Positions 45,074 to 58,033 of a DNA stretch of 64,000 nucleotides are shown piece by piece; position 1 is the stretch's first letter; the number at the start of each line of letters is the position of its first letter. Both the position numbers and the translations under genes were made by a program. The stretch is from an uncultured delta proteobacterium (GTDB taxonomy: Bacteria > Desulfobacterota > Binatia > UBA9968): contig CAVYTU010000015.1 of the NCBI GenBank assembly GCA_963771465.1, positions 768,001-832,000 of the forward strand, written 5' to 3'. The notes below the pieces were generated by a model, which was given only the letters and a program-made list of their open reading frames with translations, did not search any database and had not been told where the DNA came from.

Positions 45074-45089
45074 AGCAACTCTTATACCG
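45074..45089 (-). promoter_or_regulatory. Sigma54 promoter candidate for the hypothetical gene
   Basis: Minus strand CGGTATAAGAGTTGCT (GG-N10-GC). Confidence 0.45.
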
Positions 45090-45322
45090 ACAATCGATGC
45101 GCCGGCTGACTATCGGTAAGTTCCTGGAAAAGCTCGATTGGAAGTTGAAGGCGATTTCGAAAAGAGAAGGAAAATCAGAAAGGCTGTCCGAAAATTACTT
45201 ACACTAAATAACTACAACGCGATCGTTCTTGTGCGCCAATCGCGCGACAAGCACCGAGAGCGCCAACACTAGAATTATATTTCCAATAATCGCTGCACCG
45301 CGAAATGACCTCTGCTCCTTTG

Positions 45323-46018
45323 CTACTTCTTCCGCCGCCTCTGCCCGAACAATATCTTCTTACCCTCTTCGGTCATCCCCGCGGAGCCGACGTTAATAGT
45401 TTTCGCGAGGTCGTAGGCGCGCTGCACCGCCGGTCGCTTTTGAATCGTCTCAAACCAGCGCTTCAGGTAGGGAAACTCGTTGAGATCCTGGCCCTGCCGT
45501 TCGTGCAGCACGATCCACGGATAACAGGCCATGTCGGCGATTGAGTAATCACCGGCGACGAACTCGCGGTCTTCCAGCCGCTCATCAAGCACGCCGTAAA
45601 GCCGCTCGGTTTCTTTCGTGTAGCGTTCGATGGCGTAGGTGATTTTCTCGGCGCTATAATTTCGGAAGTGATGATTCTGTCCGAGCATCGGGCCGAGCCC
45701 GCCCATTTGCCAGAACAGCCACTGCATCACTTCCGTGCGCCCGCGCACGTCGCTCGGCAAATAGGCGCTGGCTTTGGTCGCGAGATATTCGAGGATCGCG
45801 CCGGATTCAAAAATGCTCAACGGCTCGCCTTCGTCCGCCGGCTCATGATCGACGATCGCCGGAATCCGATTATTCGGCGAGATTTTTAGAAACTCCGGGT
45901 TGAACTGTTCGCCCTTGCCGATGTTCACCGGCTTGATCGAATAAAGCAGCCCCGTCTCTTCGAGAAAGATCGTGATCTTGTGCCCGTTGGGCGTCGTCCA
46001 GTAGTAGAGATCTATCAT
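45323..46018 (-). CDS. yfcG: Glutathione S-transferase / GSH-dependent disulfide oxidoreductase (Nu class)
   Basis: MIDLYYWTTPNGHK, ISPNNRIPAI, FESGAIL, WQMGGLGPMLGQ, YSIADMACYPW. Confidence 0.9.
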   Translation of the reverse strand: MIDLYYWTTPNGHKITIFLEETGLLYSIKPVNIGKGEQFNPEFLKISPNNRIPAIVDHEPADEGEPLSIFESGAILEYLATKASAYLPSDVRGRTEVMQWLFWQMGGLGPMLGQNHHFRNYSAEKITYAIERYTKETERLYGVLDERLEDREFVAGDYSIADMACYPWIVLHERQGQDLNEFPYLKRWFETIQKRPAVQRAYDLAKTINVGSAGMTEEGKKILFGQRRRKK

Positions 46019-46121
46019 TGTTCCTCCAAAGAAGGCTTGAGTAATACAATACGAAAGCTGGCGACCCTCCATCCCTCCGATCTGTCAGCGGAAGTGATCA
46101 CCTTTATTTTTACTCTCATGC

Positions 46122-47132
46122 CTACTTGCCGTATACCCGATCGATAAATCCGTCCTTTTCCAATTCGCGCACGACGCTGTCGTCGATCAGACTGTCAACC
46201 GTCACCTTGCTACCCGGCGTTTGCTTTAAGGCGTCGTCGAGCTGGATTTTCATACCTTCACGTGTCGTGTACGGGACACGCTCCAGGATCTTTGCCGTCG
46301 ACTCGTAGGAGCTGTCCAGATACGCCTTGTTCGCGCCGCGTAGATATTTGGCAACGACTCTTTGCGTACCCTCTCTATTGGTCTTGAAATAGTGTGACGC
46401 TTCGATCAGCGACATCATGACTCTGCGCACCACCGAACGATTTTTCGCCAGGTAGCTTTTGGTCGTCACCGCGCAGATAAACGGCAATGGGTAAGGCGTT
46501 TTGAGGTCCGACATATTCGCCAGAATGCGATGCGGCAGCCCGCCTGGAATGAGATGGACATTTCCGGGCGGTGATGGGAATCCCGCGATCAGGCCGCGGC
46601 TGAATCCGGCAGCGCGCTCCGAGGCGCCGCCCACTTGCAGGATCTTCACATCTTCCATCGCCCGCAATCCCAATCCTTTTAGTAATTCACGCGCAGCCAC
46701 GTCGGAGACGCTGCCGAAGCGGCTGATGCCGATCGACTTGCCTTTTAGGTCTTCAGCGGTTTTGATGCTGTCGAGAACCACCAACTCATAGGCCAAAGCA
46801 TTGATCGTGCAGCCGACGCTCACTGTGTCTGCGCCGCGCACGTTGGCGTTGGCGACACCACTACCCGCCGCGTTACCGATTTGAATGTCCTGGGCGATGA
46901 TCGCCGAGATGCCGATGGTGGTGCTGCCGATATAAACCAGCTCGACGTCGAGACCATTTTTTTTGTAAAGGCCTATCTCTTGCGGGATGGTCCAGATTTG
47001 ATTGAGCGTATCGGTCGAACTATAGGCAATCTTGATCTTGTCCTGCGATCGCGCGATGCCCGCCGAGATCATGCTCAGCAAGACAGAAACAAGAATCAAG
47101 AATTTTCGCCGCCTGTAACAGTTGCCCTTCAT
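46122..47132 (-). CDS. ABC substrate-binding protein, NMT1/SsuA-like
   Basis: Signal peptide; GLYKKNGLDVELV, DLKGKSIGISRFGS; start MKGNCY at 47132. Confidence 0.85.
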   Translation of the reverse strand: MKGNCYRRRKFLILVSVLLSMISAGIARSQDKIKIAYSSTDTLNQIWTIPQEIGLYKKNGLDVELVYIGSTTIGISAIIAQDIQIGNAAGSGVANANVRGADTVSVGCTINALAYELVVLDSIKTAEDLKGKSIGISRFGSVSDVAARELLKGLGLRAMEDVKILQVGGASERAAGFSRGLIAGFPSPPGNVHLIPGGLPHRILANMSDLKTPYPLPFICAVTTKSYLAKNRSVVRRVMMSLIEASHYFKTNREGTQRVVAKYLRGANKAYLDSSYESTAKILERVPYTTREGMKIQLDDALKQTPGSKVTVDSLIDDSVVRELEKDGFIDRVYGK

Positions 47133-47215
47133 AATCCCTCCTGCCATTGCGCCAAGTCGAAGACGGGCATCGCGTGCGGTGCCCGTGCATGGCTGTTCCC
47201 TATTGCCAGAGCTGC

Positions 47216-49456
47216 CTAACGCCTGCCTTGCAGCGCCGCATAAACCTTCTCGGCCGAGACCGGTGTGTCGAATATCCGCACGCCGCAAGCATCCTGCACA
47301 GCGTTGGCGATCGCCGCCGGCGGTGTAACGTTGGCGTGTTCGCCTATGCCTTTGGCTTCGTACGGTCCAGGACCGTTGTTGCCTTTAACCAGTACGGTTG
47401 TGAATTTTGGAATGTCGACAATGTTGGGAATCTTATATTCGCCGAGATTGGTCGTCGTCACCTTGCCCTGGTCGTCGAGTAGCTCTTCCATCAAGCCTGA
47501 GCCGATCGCCATGATCGCTTCACCGTCGATCTGACCCTGATGGCCAAGCGGATTGATAATCGTGCCGACGTCATGGGCGCTGACGAATTTAGTCAATTTC
47601 ACCCTGCCGGTTTCGCGATCGACTTCGACCTCGGCGACTTGGGCGATGAACGATGTCGACGAACCTTTGCGCGCCACTTCAGTTTCTATACTGACGGCCA
47701 TCGGCGCGTTCGTCGAATTCACCACCTCACTCAATGTCAACAACTTGCGTCTGCTTCCCTTGCTGGAAAATTTGCCTGACTCGTAAACCACTTGATCTTC
47801 CGCGCAGCTGAGCAGAGTCGCCGCTTGGCCGTTGAGTTTTTTGCGCAGCTCAGCCGAAGCTTGAAACGCCGCGGCGCTGTTAATATTGGTCGAGCGGCTG
47901 CCGCCGAAACCGACATCGACGCTATAGGAAACATCCGCGGTGTTGCCGATGCGGCAGCGCACCTGGTCGTAGGGTACTTGCATTTCCGTGGCGACGGTTT
48001 GACAAAGAACGGTTTGCAAGCCCGTTCCCTGATCGCCGGCGACGGTGAACACGGTCAAACTACCGTCGAGTTCAGCGGTTAGGTTGACCCAAACTTTGCC
48101 GGCGCCCGTGCCACGTTCATACATCGCCACGCCGCGGCCGACGTTGGGTCGTTTTGGTGATTTCCAATCCGCCGCATCGAGCGCGGCCGTTAACGTTTCT
48201 TTCGCCTTCACGCCGGTCCAGGATCTGCCCAGCGCATTTACTTCGCCTTCGCCGACCAGATTCATCATGCGAAACTTCGCCGGGTCCATTTTCAATTCTT
48301 TGGCGATGAGATCCATATGCGACTCAGAAGCGAACACTGCTTGGATCGCGCCCGGCGCGCGCCAGAAACCGCAGGGCACCGTGTTGGTGTAAACCTGCAA
48401 AGCTTCCATGTAACTGTTGTCGATCTTGTACGGCGTCGCCGAGCCAGCGCCGCCGATGCTGGCGCGCCCCGGCTTCATGCCGGCGTAGGCGCCGGTGCCG
48501 TGGATCGCTTGCAAGTAGCGCGCGGTCATTCGACCGTCGCGTTTCACGCCGGTCTTCACTTTGACCACGGTGTAGTGATCGGGATTCATCGCCGTCAACT
48601 CTTCGCTGTGAGTCAATACGATCTTCACCGGCCGCTTGGCCTGTTTGGCGAGAAAATAACAGATCGGCAACTCGCCCGCGCCGCTCTTGCCGCCGAAGTC
48701 GGCGCCGACGTGCACCGCTTGCAGATGAATCTGTTTCGGCGGAATACCCACCGCCTTGGCGAACTGGCCGCGCGTGCCAAACGGACCTTTGGTCGACGCC
48801 CACGCATTGACCGTGCCGTCGTCATCGATCTTGACGAGAAAAGACTGCGGCTCGAGATAACCTTGATGATGGATCGGCATGCGAAAAGTATGCTCCAACA
48901 CCAGATCGGCTTCGGCGAAGCCCTTTTCGATATCGCCTTTGCCGAAGGTCAGTTTGTTAAGCACGTTGCCGCCCGCCGGCGCCATGATGTCCGCCGGCGC
49001 GCCGTCGTAGGCGGGCGCGTTATCGTGCAACACGGGCGCATTGGGCTTCATCGCTTCAAGCACGTCGAAAACTGCGGGCAACTCTTCGTACTCGACGTCG
49101 ATTAAATGAATCGCTTCTTCGGCTGCGTCCTTGTCCTCGGCCGCCACCGCCGCGACCCGGTCGCCGATGAAGCGCACCTTATCCCAGCAGAGCACCGGAA
49201 TATCGCGAATGCTTTTGCCCTGATAATGCTCGGGTTCATCTTTGCCGGTGACGATCGCTTTCACGCCGGCAACTTTCCACGCTTTGGAAGTATCGATACT
49301 TTTGATCCGCGCATGGGGATACGGACTGCGCAAAATCTTGCCCCACAGCGCGTCGGGAAAATGCACGTCCGCGCCGTAGGTCGCCTGGCCACTGACTTTG
49401 TCCGCGCCCTCTACCCGTCCAACCGCTGCGCCGATGATTGAAGCCGTCTTCGCCAT
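47216..49456 (-). CDS. Xanthine dehydrogenase-family molybdopterin-binding subunit (orphan)
   Basis: RVEGADKVSG, LRSPYPHARI, GADFGGK, GFWRAPGA, DQGTG, GGSRST, AKGIGE. Confidence 0.9.
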   Translation of the reverse strand: MAKTASIIGAAVGRVEGADKVSGQATYGADVHFPDALWGKILRSPYPHARIKSIDTSKAWKVAGVKAIVTGKDEPEHYQGKSIRDIPVLCWDKVRFIGDRVAAVAAEDKDAAEEAIHLIDVEYEELPAVFDVLEAMKPNAPVLHDNAPAYDGAPADIMAPAGGNVLNKLTFGKGDIEKGFAEADLVLEHTFRMPIHHQGYLEPQSFLVKIDDDGTVNAWASTKGPFGTRGQFAKAVGIPPKQIHLQAVHVGADFGGKSGAGELPICYFLAKQAKRPVKIVLTHSEELTAMNPDHYTVVKVKTGVKRDGRMTARYLQAIHGTGAYAGMKPGRASIGGAGSATPYKIDNSYMEALQVYTNTVPCGFWRAPGAIQAVFASESHMDLIAKELKMDPAKFRMMNLVGEGEVNALGRSWTGVKAKETLTAALDAADWKSPKRPNVGRGVAMYERGTGAGKVWVNLTAELDGSLTVFTVAGDQGTGLQTVLCQTVATEMQVPYDQVRCRIGNTADVSYSVDVGFGGSRSTNINSAAAFQASAELRKKLNGQAATLLSCAEDQVVYESGKFSSKGSRRKLLTLSEVVNSTNAPMAVSIETEVARKGSSTSFIAQVAEVEVDRETGRVKLTKFVSAHDVGTIINPLGHQGQIDGEAIMAIGSGLMEELLDDQGKVTTTNLGEYKIPNIVDIPKFTTVLVKGNNGPGPYEAKGIGEHANVTPPAAIANAVQDACGVRIFDTPVSAEKVYAALQGRR

Positions 49457-49524
49457 CTTTAACTTCTCCTTTGACCTCGTTATGCTATGGTTTTTGTTGA
49501 CGTATCTTAATCTGATCGTGAATC

Positions 49525-50115
49525 GTGAATTCTGAACATTCGGCCCACTGCCGCGCCTGTAAAGAGCGTGTGGGCGAATTGCTAACCGCCATCTACGGCG
49601 CCTGCGGCGCAAACCACCAGTTTCCCTGGCCGTCTCACACACAAAACTACGCGAACACGGCTATTGGAAATAGGCTGGAGCAAATCCGTAACGCGCTCGG
49701 GGACTGGCGCGGCCACCGCGATTTTATAAAAAGCGCGCAAATGCCGCCTTGCGACTACTTCATACCCGACCCGCCTTTTATCGTAGAATTCGACGAGAAC
49801 CAACACTTTTCTCGCGCCCGTTTGCTCACCCTAAACAATTATCCGGCGAATGCTCAACTGGGCTTCCCTATTCCCCGTTGGCGCGAGCTTTGCCGCGAGA
49901 TCGACGCCAGGGACGACAAACCATTTGACCGCGATGAGCGGCGCGCCTGGTACGACGTCCTGCGCGATTGGGTTCCGAAAATCCACGGTTTCAATCCAAC
50001 CGTTCGGCTGTACGCAGGCGAATTTGACTGGTGTACGCTCGCCGCCGCTTCAACCACAGGAACCGAGCGATTTATGGCTTGGATCGGGGACCGGTTGCCG
50101 GATCGGATTCGCTAG
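49525..50115 (+). CDS. Hypothetical protein, possible PD-(D/E)xK-like nuclease fold
   Basis: PPCDYFIPDPPFIVEFDENQHF and RDERRAWYDVLRD; N-terminal HCRACKE. Confidence 0.6.
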   Translation: MNSEHSAHCRACKERVGELLTAIYGACGANHQFPWPSHTQNYANTAIGNRLEQIRNALGDWRGHRDFIKSAQMPPCDYFIPDPPFIVEFDENQHFSRARLLTLNNYPANAQLGFPIPRWRELCREIDARDDKPFDRDERRAWYDVLRDWVPKIHGFNPTVRLYAGEFDWCTLAAASTTGTERFMAWIGDRLPDRIR

Positions 50116-50365
50116 AACCGATGGCTCAGGACATGGATGGAACCGCGCCGCGCACCACCCGGCTCACCGGAATGTCACGATATCACTAAACAATTTCAGG
50201 ATGCACGACGAAAGCTTTCAATTGCGCCGCCGGCCAGCGAAGACTTTCTGCGCTTCGTTCGTATCATCGATTAACGGAGCAGTTTATGGAGCACGTTGGC
50301 TCCTGAGATGGATGATGTATGATCGAAACGATCCACCACACGTTTAAAGTTGTCAGAAGCATACT

Positions 50366-50920
50366 ATGCCCGCGCCGTGGCCTGAGAAAGACGATCATGA
50401 ACTGCTTGCGTTGGTTCAGAGCGGCAGCCACCCGGCCTTTGCCGAGCTGGTTCAGCGCCACACTGCGCGTTTTTACCGGCTCGCCTTTCGCTATCTGCAA
50501 AACAAAGAGGCAGCGGAGGACATGGTTCAGGACGCGTTTCTCAAACTATGGGAAGATCCGGGCAAATGGCAGGCCGATCGAAATACGAAGTTTACCACCT
50601 GGTTTTATCGGGTCGTGGTGAATCTATGCCTGGATTGGCAGAAACGAAAACGACCGCTAGCGATCAACGAAGAAATGCCCTTGGCCGACGAACGGGAGTC
50701 TGTGGATCAAACCATGCTGCGCGACGAGGAGCAAAGAATTTTGGAGCAGGAAATTGCCGCCCTGCCGGAGCGTCAACGGACGGCGTTGAATCTCTGCTTC
50801 GACGAAGGCTTGAGCAATCAGGACGCCGCTGACGCCATGGGCGTAAACTTGAAAGCACTGCAGTCGCTAATCATGCGCGCCAAGACCACGTTGAAAGAAC
50901 GTATGAAAAATTATCTGTGA
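50366..50920 (+). CDS. ECF RNA polymerase sigma-70 factor
   Basis: AFAELVQRH, AEDMVQDAFLKLW, FTTWFYRVVVNLCLD, LPERQRTAL. Confidence 0.93.
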   Translation: MPAPWPEKDDHELLALVQSGSHPAFAELVQRHTARFYRLAFRYLQNKEAAEDMVQDAFLKLWEDPGKWQADRNTKFTTWFYRVVVNLCLDWQKRKRPLAINEEMPLADERESVDQTMLRDEEQRILEQEIAALPERQRTALNLCFDEGLSNQDAADAMGVNLKALQSLIMRAKTTLKERMKNYL

Positions 50921-50927
50921 GGATCGT

Positions 50928-51242
50928 ATGAGCGAAAACCAAGACGAAAAATTAGACCAGATGCTGCGTTCACGACGCATCGAACCGGCGCACCGTGATC
51001 TCGCGGCGCGAATTATTCTCAAGGCGCAAACCGTGCCGCAGGTGCAAAATCTTTCGCTCTGGCAGGCGGTGCGCCAATTGTTCGCCGAATTTCACCTGCC
51101 GCAACCGGGCTACGTGCTCGCCACCGCCCTGGTTTTGGGTATGATGCTGGGGTTCAGCACGGCACCGGACAATGCTCAGATGAGCGACGCCGGTTCTGTG
51201 ACCGCGCAGAGTTACATCGCCAGCGACGAGGAGTTGTTATGA
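50928..51242 (+). CDS. Putative single-pass membrane anti-sigma factor
   Basis: Follows the ECF gene; DLAARII motif and TM segment YVLATALVLGMMLGF. Confidence 0.7.
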   Translation: MSENQDEKLDQMLRSRRIEPAHRDLAARIILKAQTVPQVQNLSLWQAVRQLFAEFHLPQPGYVLATALVLGMMLGFSTAPDNAQMSDAGSVTAQSYIASDEELL

Positions 51243-51676
51243 GCCAGAAAACTAAACTGGCGTTTATTGCGTCGATAGTTTTAAACGTGCTTCTGGTCGG
51301 CGTGCTGCTCGGACAATCGCCGCGCCGTTTCGAGCGCGGCGCCATGCGAGAGCAGCGCATGGAACAGGCGATCAAAGACATGCCCGAAGCATCACAGAAA
51401 CGCATTCGAGACAGATTTCAGCAACTTCGCGCCGCCGCCGAGCCGCTATTCAACCAAATGCGCCAGGTTCAAGATGAAGCAGCGCGGCTCCTTGGCGCCG
51501 AGCCCTTCGACGAAGCCGCGTTCGACGGACAGCAAGCCAAGATCAACGAATTGCGCGCCAATATGACAAAGAAATTATCCGAAGTGGTTAAAAATACCGT
51601 CAAAGACCTGACCCCCGAGGAACGGCGCCGTTTTGCCGATCTTTTGCGCCGCCCATCGCCAGCGGCCCAAACGTAG
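51239..51676 (+). CDS. Periplasmic heavy-metal sensor / Spy-CpxP-like protein
   Basis: LAFIASIVLNVLLVG anchor, helical body, EPFDEAAF, LTPEERRRF. Confidence 0.8.
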   Translation: MSQKTKLAFIASIVLNVLLVGVLLGQSPRRFERGAMREQRMEQAIKDMPEASQKRIRDRFQQLRAAAEPLFNQMRQVQDEAARLLGAEPFDEAAFDGQQAKINELRANMTKKLSEVVKNTVKDLTPEERRRFADLLRRPSPAAQT

Positions 51677-51705
51677 AATTCCCCACAAAAACGCTCATTT
51701 CCAAT

Positions 51706-51733
51706 AGCGCCGGCAATCCCGGCGCTTTTTTTT
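51706..51733 (+). terminator. Rho-independent terminator
   Basis: AGCGCCGG-CAATC-CCGGCGCT followed by a T run. Confidence 0.85.
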
Positions 51734-51806
51734 CGCCCGCTGCGGAGATTTAGGTTGGCTAGGTCGTATTAACAGTTAACAATCGCCCATACGAAGGGAA
51801 AACTCT

Positions 51807-53020
51807 ATGAAATGGCTTAAGACAGCGCGCAACAAAATTATCGCCGGCATCACCGTCTTGGGGCTCACCGCCGGCGGCTGGTATTGGTACGCCAGCATAG
51901 CGCAAAGCTCGCAAGGCGAAGCGGTTCAGCCGATCACTGTGAGCCGCGGCAACATCGAAGAAGTCGTCACCTCCCAGGGCAAGCTCGAAGCCAAGCAGTA
52001 CGTCGACGTCGGCACCCAGGTTTCCGGCCAGCTAAAAGCCATCCACGTTGATATCGGCGATACGGTGACCAAAGGCCAACTACTCGCCGAGATCGATCCA
52101 CGCGTTTACCAGGCTCAGGTCGAAGCTGGGGAAGCCAAGCTAAATAGTTTGCGTGCTCAGCTAAACCAGCAGAAGGCCGAGGCGGTTTTGGCCGAACAGA
52201 ATCTCAAACGCAATCAAAATCTGATCGCCGTCAATGCCGTCAGCCAGCAGGCTTTGCAGGAGACCGAATCCCAGGTCGCAGTCGCCAAAGCCCAAGTCGA
52301 TTCGATTGCGGCGCAAATGCAGGAAACCGAGTCCAATCTAAAAGCGAGCCGAACCAATCTCAGTTACACAAAAATTTACGCGCCCATGGCCGGCACGGTA
52401 ACGACGTTGCCGACCAAAGAAGGACAGACATTGAACGCCAATCAGACCGCGCCGACGGTTTTGCAGATTGCCAGTCTCGATCTCATGACCGTGCGCGCCC
52501 AGGTCGCTGAGGCGGATGTGAGCCGAATCAAAGCCAACATGCCGGCCTATTTCACGACGCTCGGCAACAGCGAGCGGCGCTGGCCAGGCACGGTGCGGCA
52601 AGTATTGCCGACGCCGCAAATCGTCAATGACGTAGTGCTCTACGATGTCTTGATCGACGTGAAAAACGAAGGCCGAAAGCTTATGACCGGCATGACAACC
52701 CAGGTATTTTTCATCTTCGGCAAGGCGGAAAATGCCTTGATCGTACCCGCCGAGGTGCTCACGCGCCGCGCCGCGCGCGAAGACAACGACAAAGGCAAAG
52801 CCTATCGCGTCGCAGTGATCACGGCAAAAGGCCGCGAGCAGCGCGTCATTCACGTCGGACTGCAAAGCCGCACTCAGGCGGAAGTCGTCGACGGACTCAA
52901 CGAAGGTGAACGGATCGCCGTCAATCGTCCCGCCGGCGCCGCTAACCGGACCGCCGGTCAAGGCAATAATCCGCAGCGCGGTGCCGCCAATCAGCCGCGC
53001 TTGAACCGAGGACCACAGCT

Positions 53021-53024
<4 letters not shown>
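51807..53024 (+). CDS. macA: MacA-like periplasmic adaptor
   Basis: VDVGTQVSGQL, KGQLLAEIDP, YTKIYAPMAGTV, GQTLNANQTAP, AQVAEADV. Confidence 0.9.
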
Positions 53025-54962
<1,938 letters not shown>

Positions 54963-54972
54963 GGTGATTTTT

Positions 54973-56316
54973 ATGCGAAAGCATTTTTTACACAGTACCA
55001 TCGCCGTTTCATTGGCTTTGTCGGCTTGCAGTCTGGCGCCAAAATACCAACGACCAGAGATGGCTCTGCCCACCGGCTGGACTAGCGTCGCCGGTGTTGG
55101 CGCTACGGAACAGAACACTACGTTGTTTTGGCAGGAGTTCGGCAGCGCCGATCTCAACCGTTTGATCGACACTGCACTGGCGCAGAATCTCGATCTCGAA
55201 GCCGCGCTGCATCGCATCGAGCAGGCGCGCGCCCAGGCGAAGAGCGCCGCCGCGCCGCTCTACCCGAGTGCCAGCGCCAGCGGCTCGGCTTCACGCACCT
55301 TCCAGGATCAGCGCGACACCACTTCGGTGCGGGGCGGCGGGAGCATCAGCTACGAAGTGGATCTGTGGGGGAAAAATCGCAACGCGGCGAAGTCCGCCGA
55401 CTATCGGATCAACGCGAGCGAGTTCGATCGCGAGGCACTGCGCCTAGTCGTCACCTCGGACGCGACCAATTTTTACGCGCAGATTTTGAGCCTCAATGAC
55501 CGTATCCGAATCGCTGAGTTCAATCTCAAAAACGCCGAAGAGATCCTGCGCATCATCGAAGCGCGCTTCGGCCAGGGCAGCGTCTCTGGTCTGGAAGTCT
55601 CCCAGCAGCGCGTGGCGGTGAACACCTTTCGCTCTGCGCTGGCGTCGCTGATCGAACAGCGCAGCACGACGGCGAATGCCTTGGCGATCCTGCTCGGGCT
55701 GGCGCCGCAGAATTTTTCCGCGCCGACCGCCGAGCTGGCGACGCTCTCCATGCCGCCGGTAAACCTAACGCCGCCGGCCACTCTGTTGACCGCGCGACCC
55801 GACATCGAGAGCGCTGAGGCCGGCCTGCTTTCGGCCAATGCCGATATCGGTGTCGCGCGCGCCGCCTTCTTTCCCTCGCTCACACTAGGTTTGGATACAG
55901 CGATCTCCGCCGGCTTCGGCGGACCGGCCGCCGCAGCCACCTCCATCGCGTCGAGCTTGCTCGCGCCGATTTTTACCGGCGGCAGGCTTACCGGCAATCT
56001 GGAAAATGTCACCGCGCGCCAGAAAGAGCTCGCAGTGCAGTATCGTCAGATCGTGCTCCTGGCATTTCAAGAAGTCGAAGACGCACTAGCCGCGCTTAAA
56101 AGTAACAACGATCGCGCCGTGCTGGCGCGCACCACCGTGGCCGAATCGCAAATTGCGTACGACATCGCCAAAGCGCGCTTCGACGCCGGGGCCATCGATT
56201 ATCTCAACCTGCTCGACACTCAGCGCACCCTCTTCCTGGCGCAGGACAGCCAGATCTCGATCAACCAGGGCCAGCTCGCCGCCTTCGTGCAGCTGCGCAA
56301 AGCGATGGGCTCGTGA
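54973..56316 (+). CDS. Outer membrane efflux lipoprotein (TolC/NodT family)
   Basis: Lipobox LSAC-SLAPKYQRP, YEVDLWGK, RPDIESAE, ARAAFFPSL, AFQEVEDAL. Confidence 0.92.
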   Translation: MRKHFLHSTIAVSLALSACSLAPKYQRPEMALPTGWTSVAGVGATEQNTTLFWQEFGSADLNRLIDTALAQNLDLEAALHRIEQARAQAKSAAAPLYPSASASGSASRTFQDQRDTTSVRGGGSISYEVDLWGKNRNAAKSADYRINASEFDREALRLVVTSDATNFYAQILSLNDRIRIAEFNLKNAEEILRIIEARFGQGSVSGLEVSQQRVAVNTFRSALASLIEQRSTTANALAILLGLAPQNFSAPTAELATLSMPPVNLTPPATLLTARPDIESAEAGLLSANADIGVARAAFFPSLTLGLDTAISAGFGGPAAAATSIASSLLAPIFTGGRLTGNLENVTARQKELAVQYRQIVLLAFQEVEDALAALKSNNDRAVLARTTVAESQIAYDIAKARFDAGAIDYLNLLDTQRTLFLAQDSQISINQGQLAAFVQLRKAMGS

Positions 56317-56483
56317 GCCTGAACAGCTCAATGACTCGGGTACGGCCCCCTTTGCGGACTTAGAAAAAAGTTTGCCTGGCCCAATTCGGGCCTAGTTTCG
56401 CCGCTGGCAATTGGTAATATCAATTGATGAGAGATAAGCGTCAGCGCGATATGATAGTGAGTTTTGCATCGATGGAGCGACTC

Positions 56484-56732
56484 ATGAAACTTAGCTTGAT
56501 TGCGGCGCTGCTGTTTTTGTTGCCCGCTTGTGCCACCCAGCAGCCCCCTCCGCCGCCGCCCCCTCCAACAGTGAGCAACGCCAATCCGACAAGCAGCGCC
56601 AATCCGACGCCAAATACTTTTCGCACTGATACCACCGATTGTGAGCGCCAGGCCGCTCTTGCGGGCGCTGGCGGCAAATCCGCAGCTTTCGAGACCTGCA
56701 TGCGCGCACGCGGTCGCACGCCGAGCCGATAA
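56484..56732 (+). CDS. Small proline-rich lipoprotein
   Basis: MKLSLIAALLFLLPAC lipobox, poly-Pro, DTTDC...FETCMRARG disulfide pair; GGAG RBS. Confidence 0.7.
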   Translation: MKLSLIAALLFLLPACATQQPPPPPPPPTVSNANPTSSANPTPNTFRTDTTDCERQAALAGAGGKSAAFETCMRARGRTPSR

Positions 56733-56896
56733 GCGATCGCGTTGAAGATTTTCACTCGAATCGGCAGGCAGCAATTCCAATTGAACCCAGCCTCCATAGC
56801 TTTCCACTGCACCACTGACCGGCCAACGCAACAAGCCATCCGCCATGCGCTGCTCGATTTACTTGCAAGTCACCGCTCGATGATTATCTTGTAGGG

Positions 56897-58018
56897 ATGG
56901 CGGACCAGGATTATTACAAAATTCTCGGCGTCGAGCGCAGCGCCTCGAAGGATGACGTGCGCAAGGCCTACCGTAAACTTGCGCGCAAGTATCATCCCGA
57001 TATCAATCCCGGCAACAAAGAGGCCGAGAGCAAATTTAAAGATCTTTCGGTCGCCTACGACGTCCTGAGCGACGAAAAAAAACGCAAGCTCTACGACGAA
57101 TTCGGCGAGGCTGGCCTGGCCGCGGGTTTCGACGCCGACAAGGCGCGCAGTTACCAGCACTGGCAGCAGCAATCGACACGCGCCGGCGGTGGTTATAATT
57201 TCAACGTGGACGACCTCGGTGACCTTTTCGGCGGCCTCGGCGGTATGTTCCGGCAAGGTGCGCGCGCGCCGGCCGGACCGACTCGCGGCGCCGACATCGA
57301 ATCGAGCATGGACATCGACTTTCTCGACGCCGTGCGCGGATTTCAAACCGCGATCGCGCTTGAGCGACCGGTAACGTGCGACACTTGTCATGGTTCCGGC
57401 ACGAAAGCGGGCGGCACGCCGACAACCTGTCCCGAGTGCCACGGCAGCGGCAGCGTTGCCATCGCCCAGGGGCCGCTGCAGTATCGCCAAACCTGCCGGC
57501 GCTGTTCGGGCAGCGGCAAGTTGCCCGGCGATCTCTGCACTGTCTGCGGCGGCAGCGGCCGTGTGCCGCGGCCCGAAACCATTCGCGTCAACATTCCGCC
57601 CGGAGCCGAGCCGGAGAAACGCATTCGCCTGCGCGGCAAAGGCGAAGCGGGAATTCGCGGCGGTGCTGCGGGCGACCTATTTTTAACGCCGCGCATCCGG
57701 CCTCATCCGATACTGTCACGCTCGGGTCGAGACTTATCCATGGACGTGCCGATCACGGTTGGCGAAGCGCTGCGCGGCGCCAGCGTCGAGGTGCCGACGC
57801 CCAGTGGCTCGATAAGCGTGAAAATTCCCGTCGGCGCCCAAAGCGGTCAACAGCTGCGCATCAAAGGCAAAGGAGTCGCCGCCCACAGGCAAACTCCGGC
57901 CGGCGATTTGTATCTGCGGCTGATGGTGCATGTGCCGAAAGAAGAACTTGCCGAAGATGTCATCGATAAAATCGACCGGGCCTACGGCGATGACGTGCGT
58001 AAGAACCTGCGGCTGTAG
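56897..58018 (+). CDS. dnaJ: DnaJ chaperone with four CxxCxGxG repeats
   Basis: [11 protein letters not shown] motif, [33 protein letters not shown]-terminal GDLY. Confidence 0.9.
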   Translation: MADQDYYKILGVERSASKDDVRKAYRKLARKYHPDINPGNKEAESKFKDLSVAYDVLSDEKKRKLYDEFGEAGLAAGFDADKARSYQHWQQQSTRAGGGYNFNVDDLGDLFGGLGGMFRQGARAPAGPTRGADIESSMDIDFLDAVRGFQTAIALERPVTCDTCHGSGTKAGGTPTTCPECHGSGSVAIAQGPLQYRQTCRRCSGSGKLPGDLCTVCGGSGRVPRPETIRVNIPPGAEPEKRIRLRGKGEAGIRGGAAGDLFLTPRIRPHPILSRSGRDLSMDVPITVGEALRGASVEVPTPSGSISVKIPVGAQSGQQLRIKGKGVAAHRQTPAGDLYLRLMVHVPKEELAEDVIDKIDRAYGDDVRKNLRL

Positions 58019-58033
58019 CGAAGGAGGAAAAAA

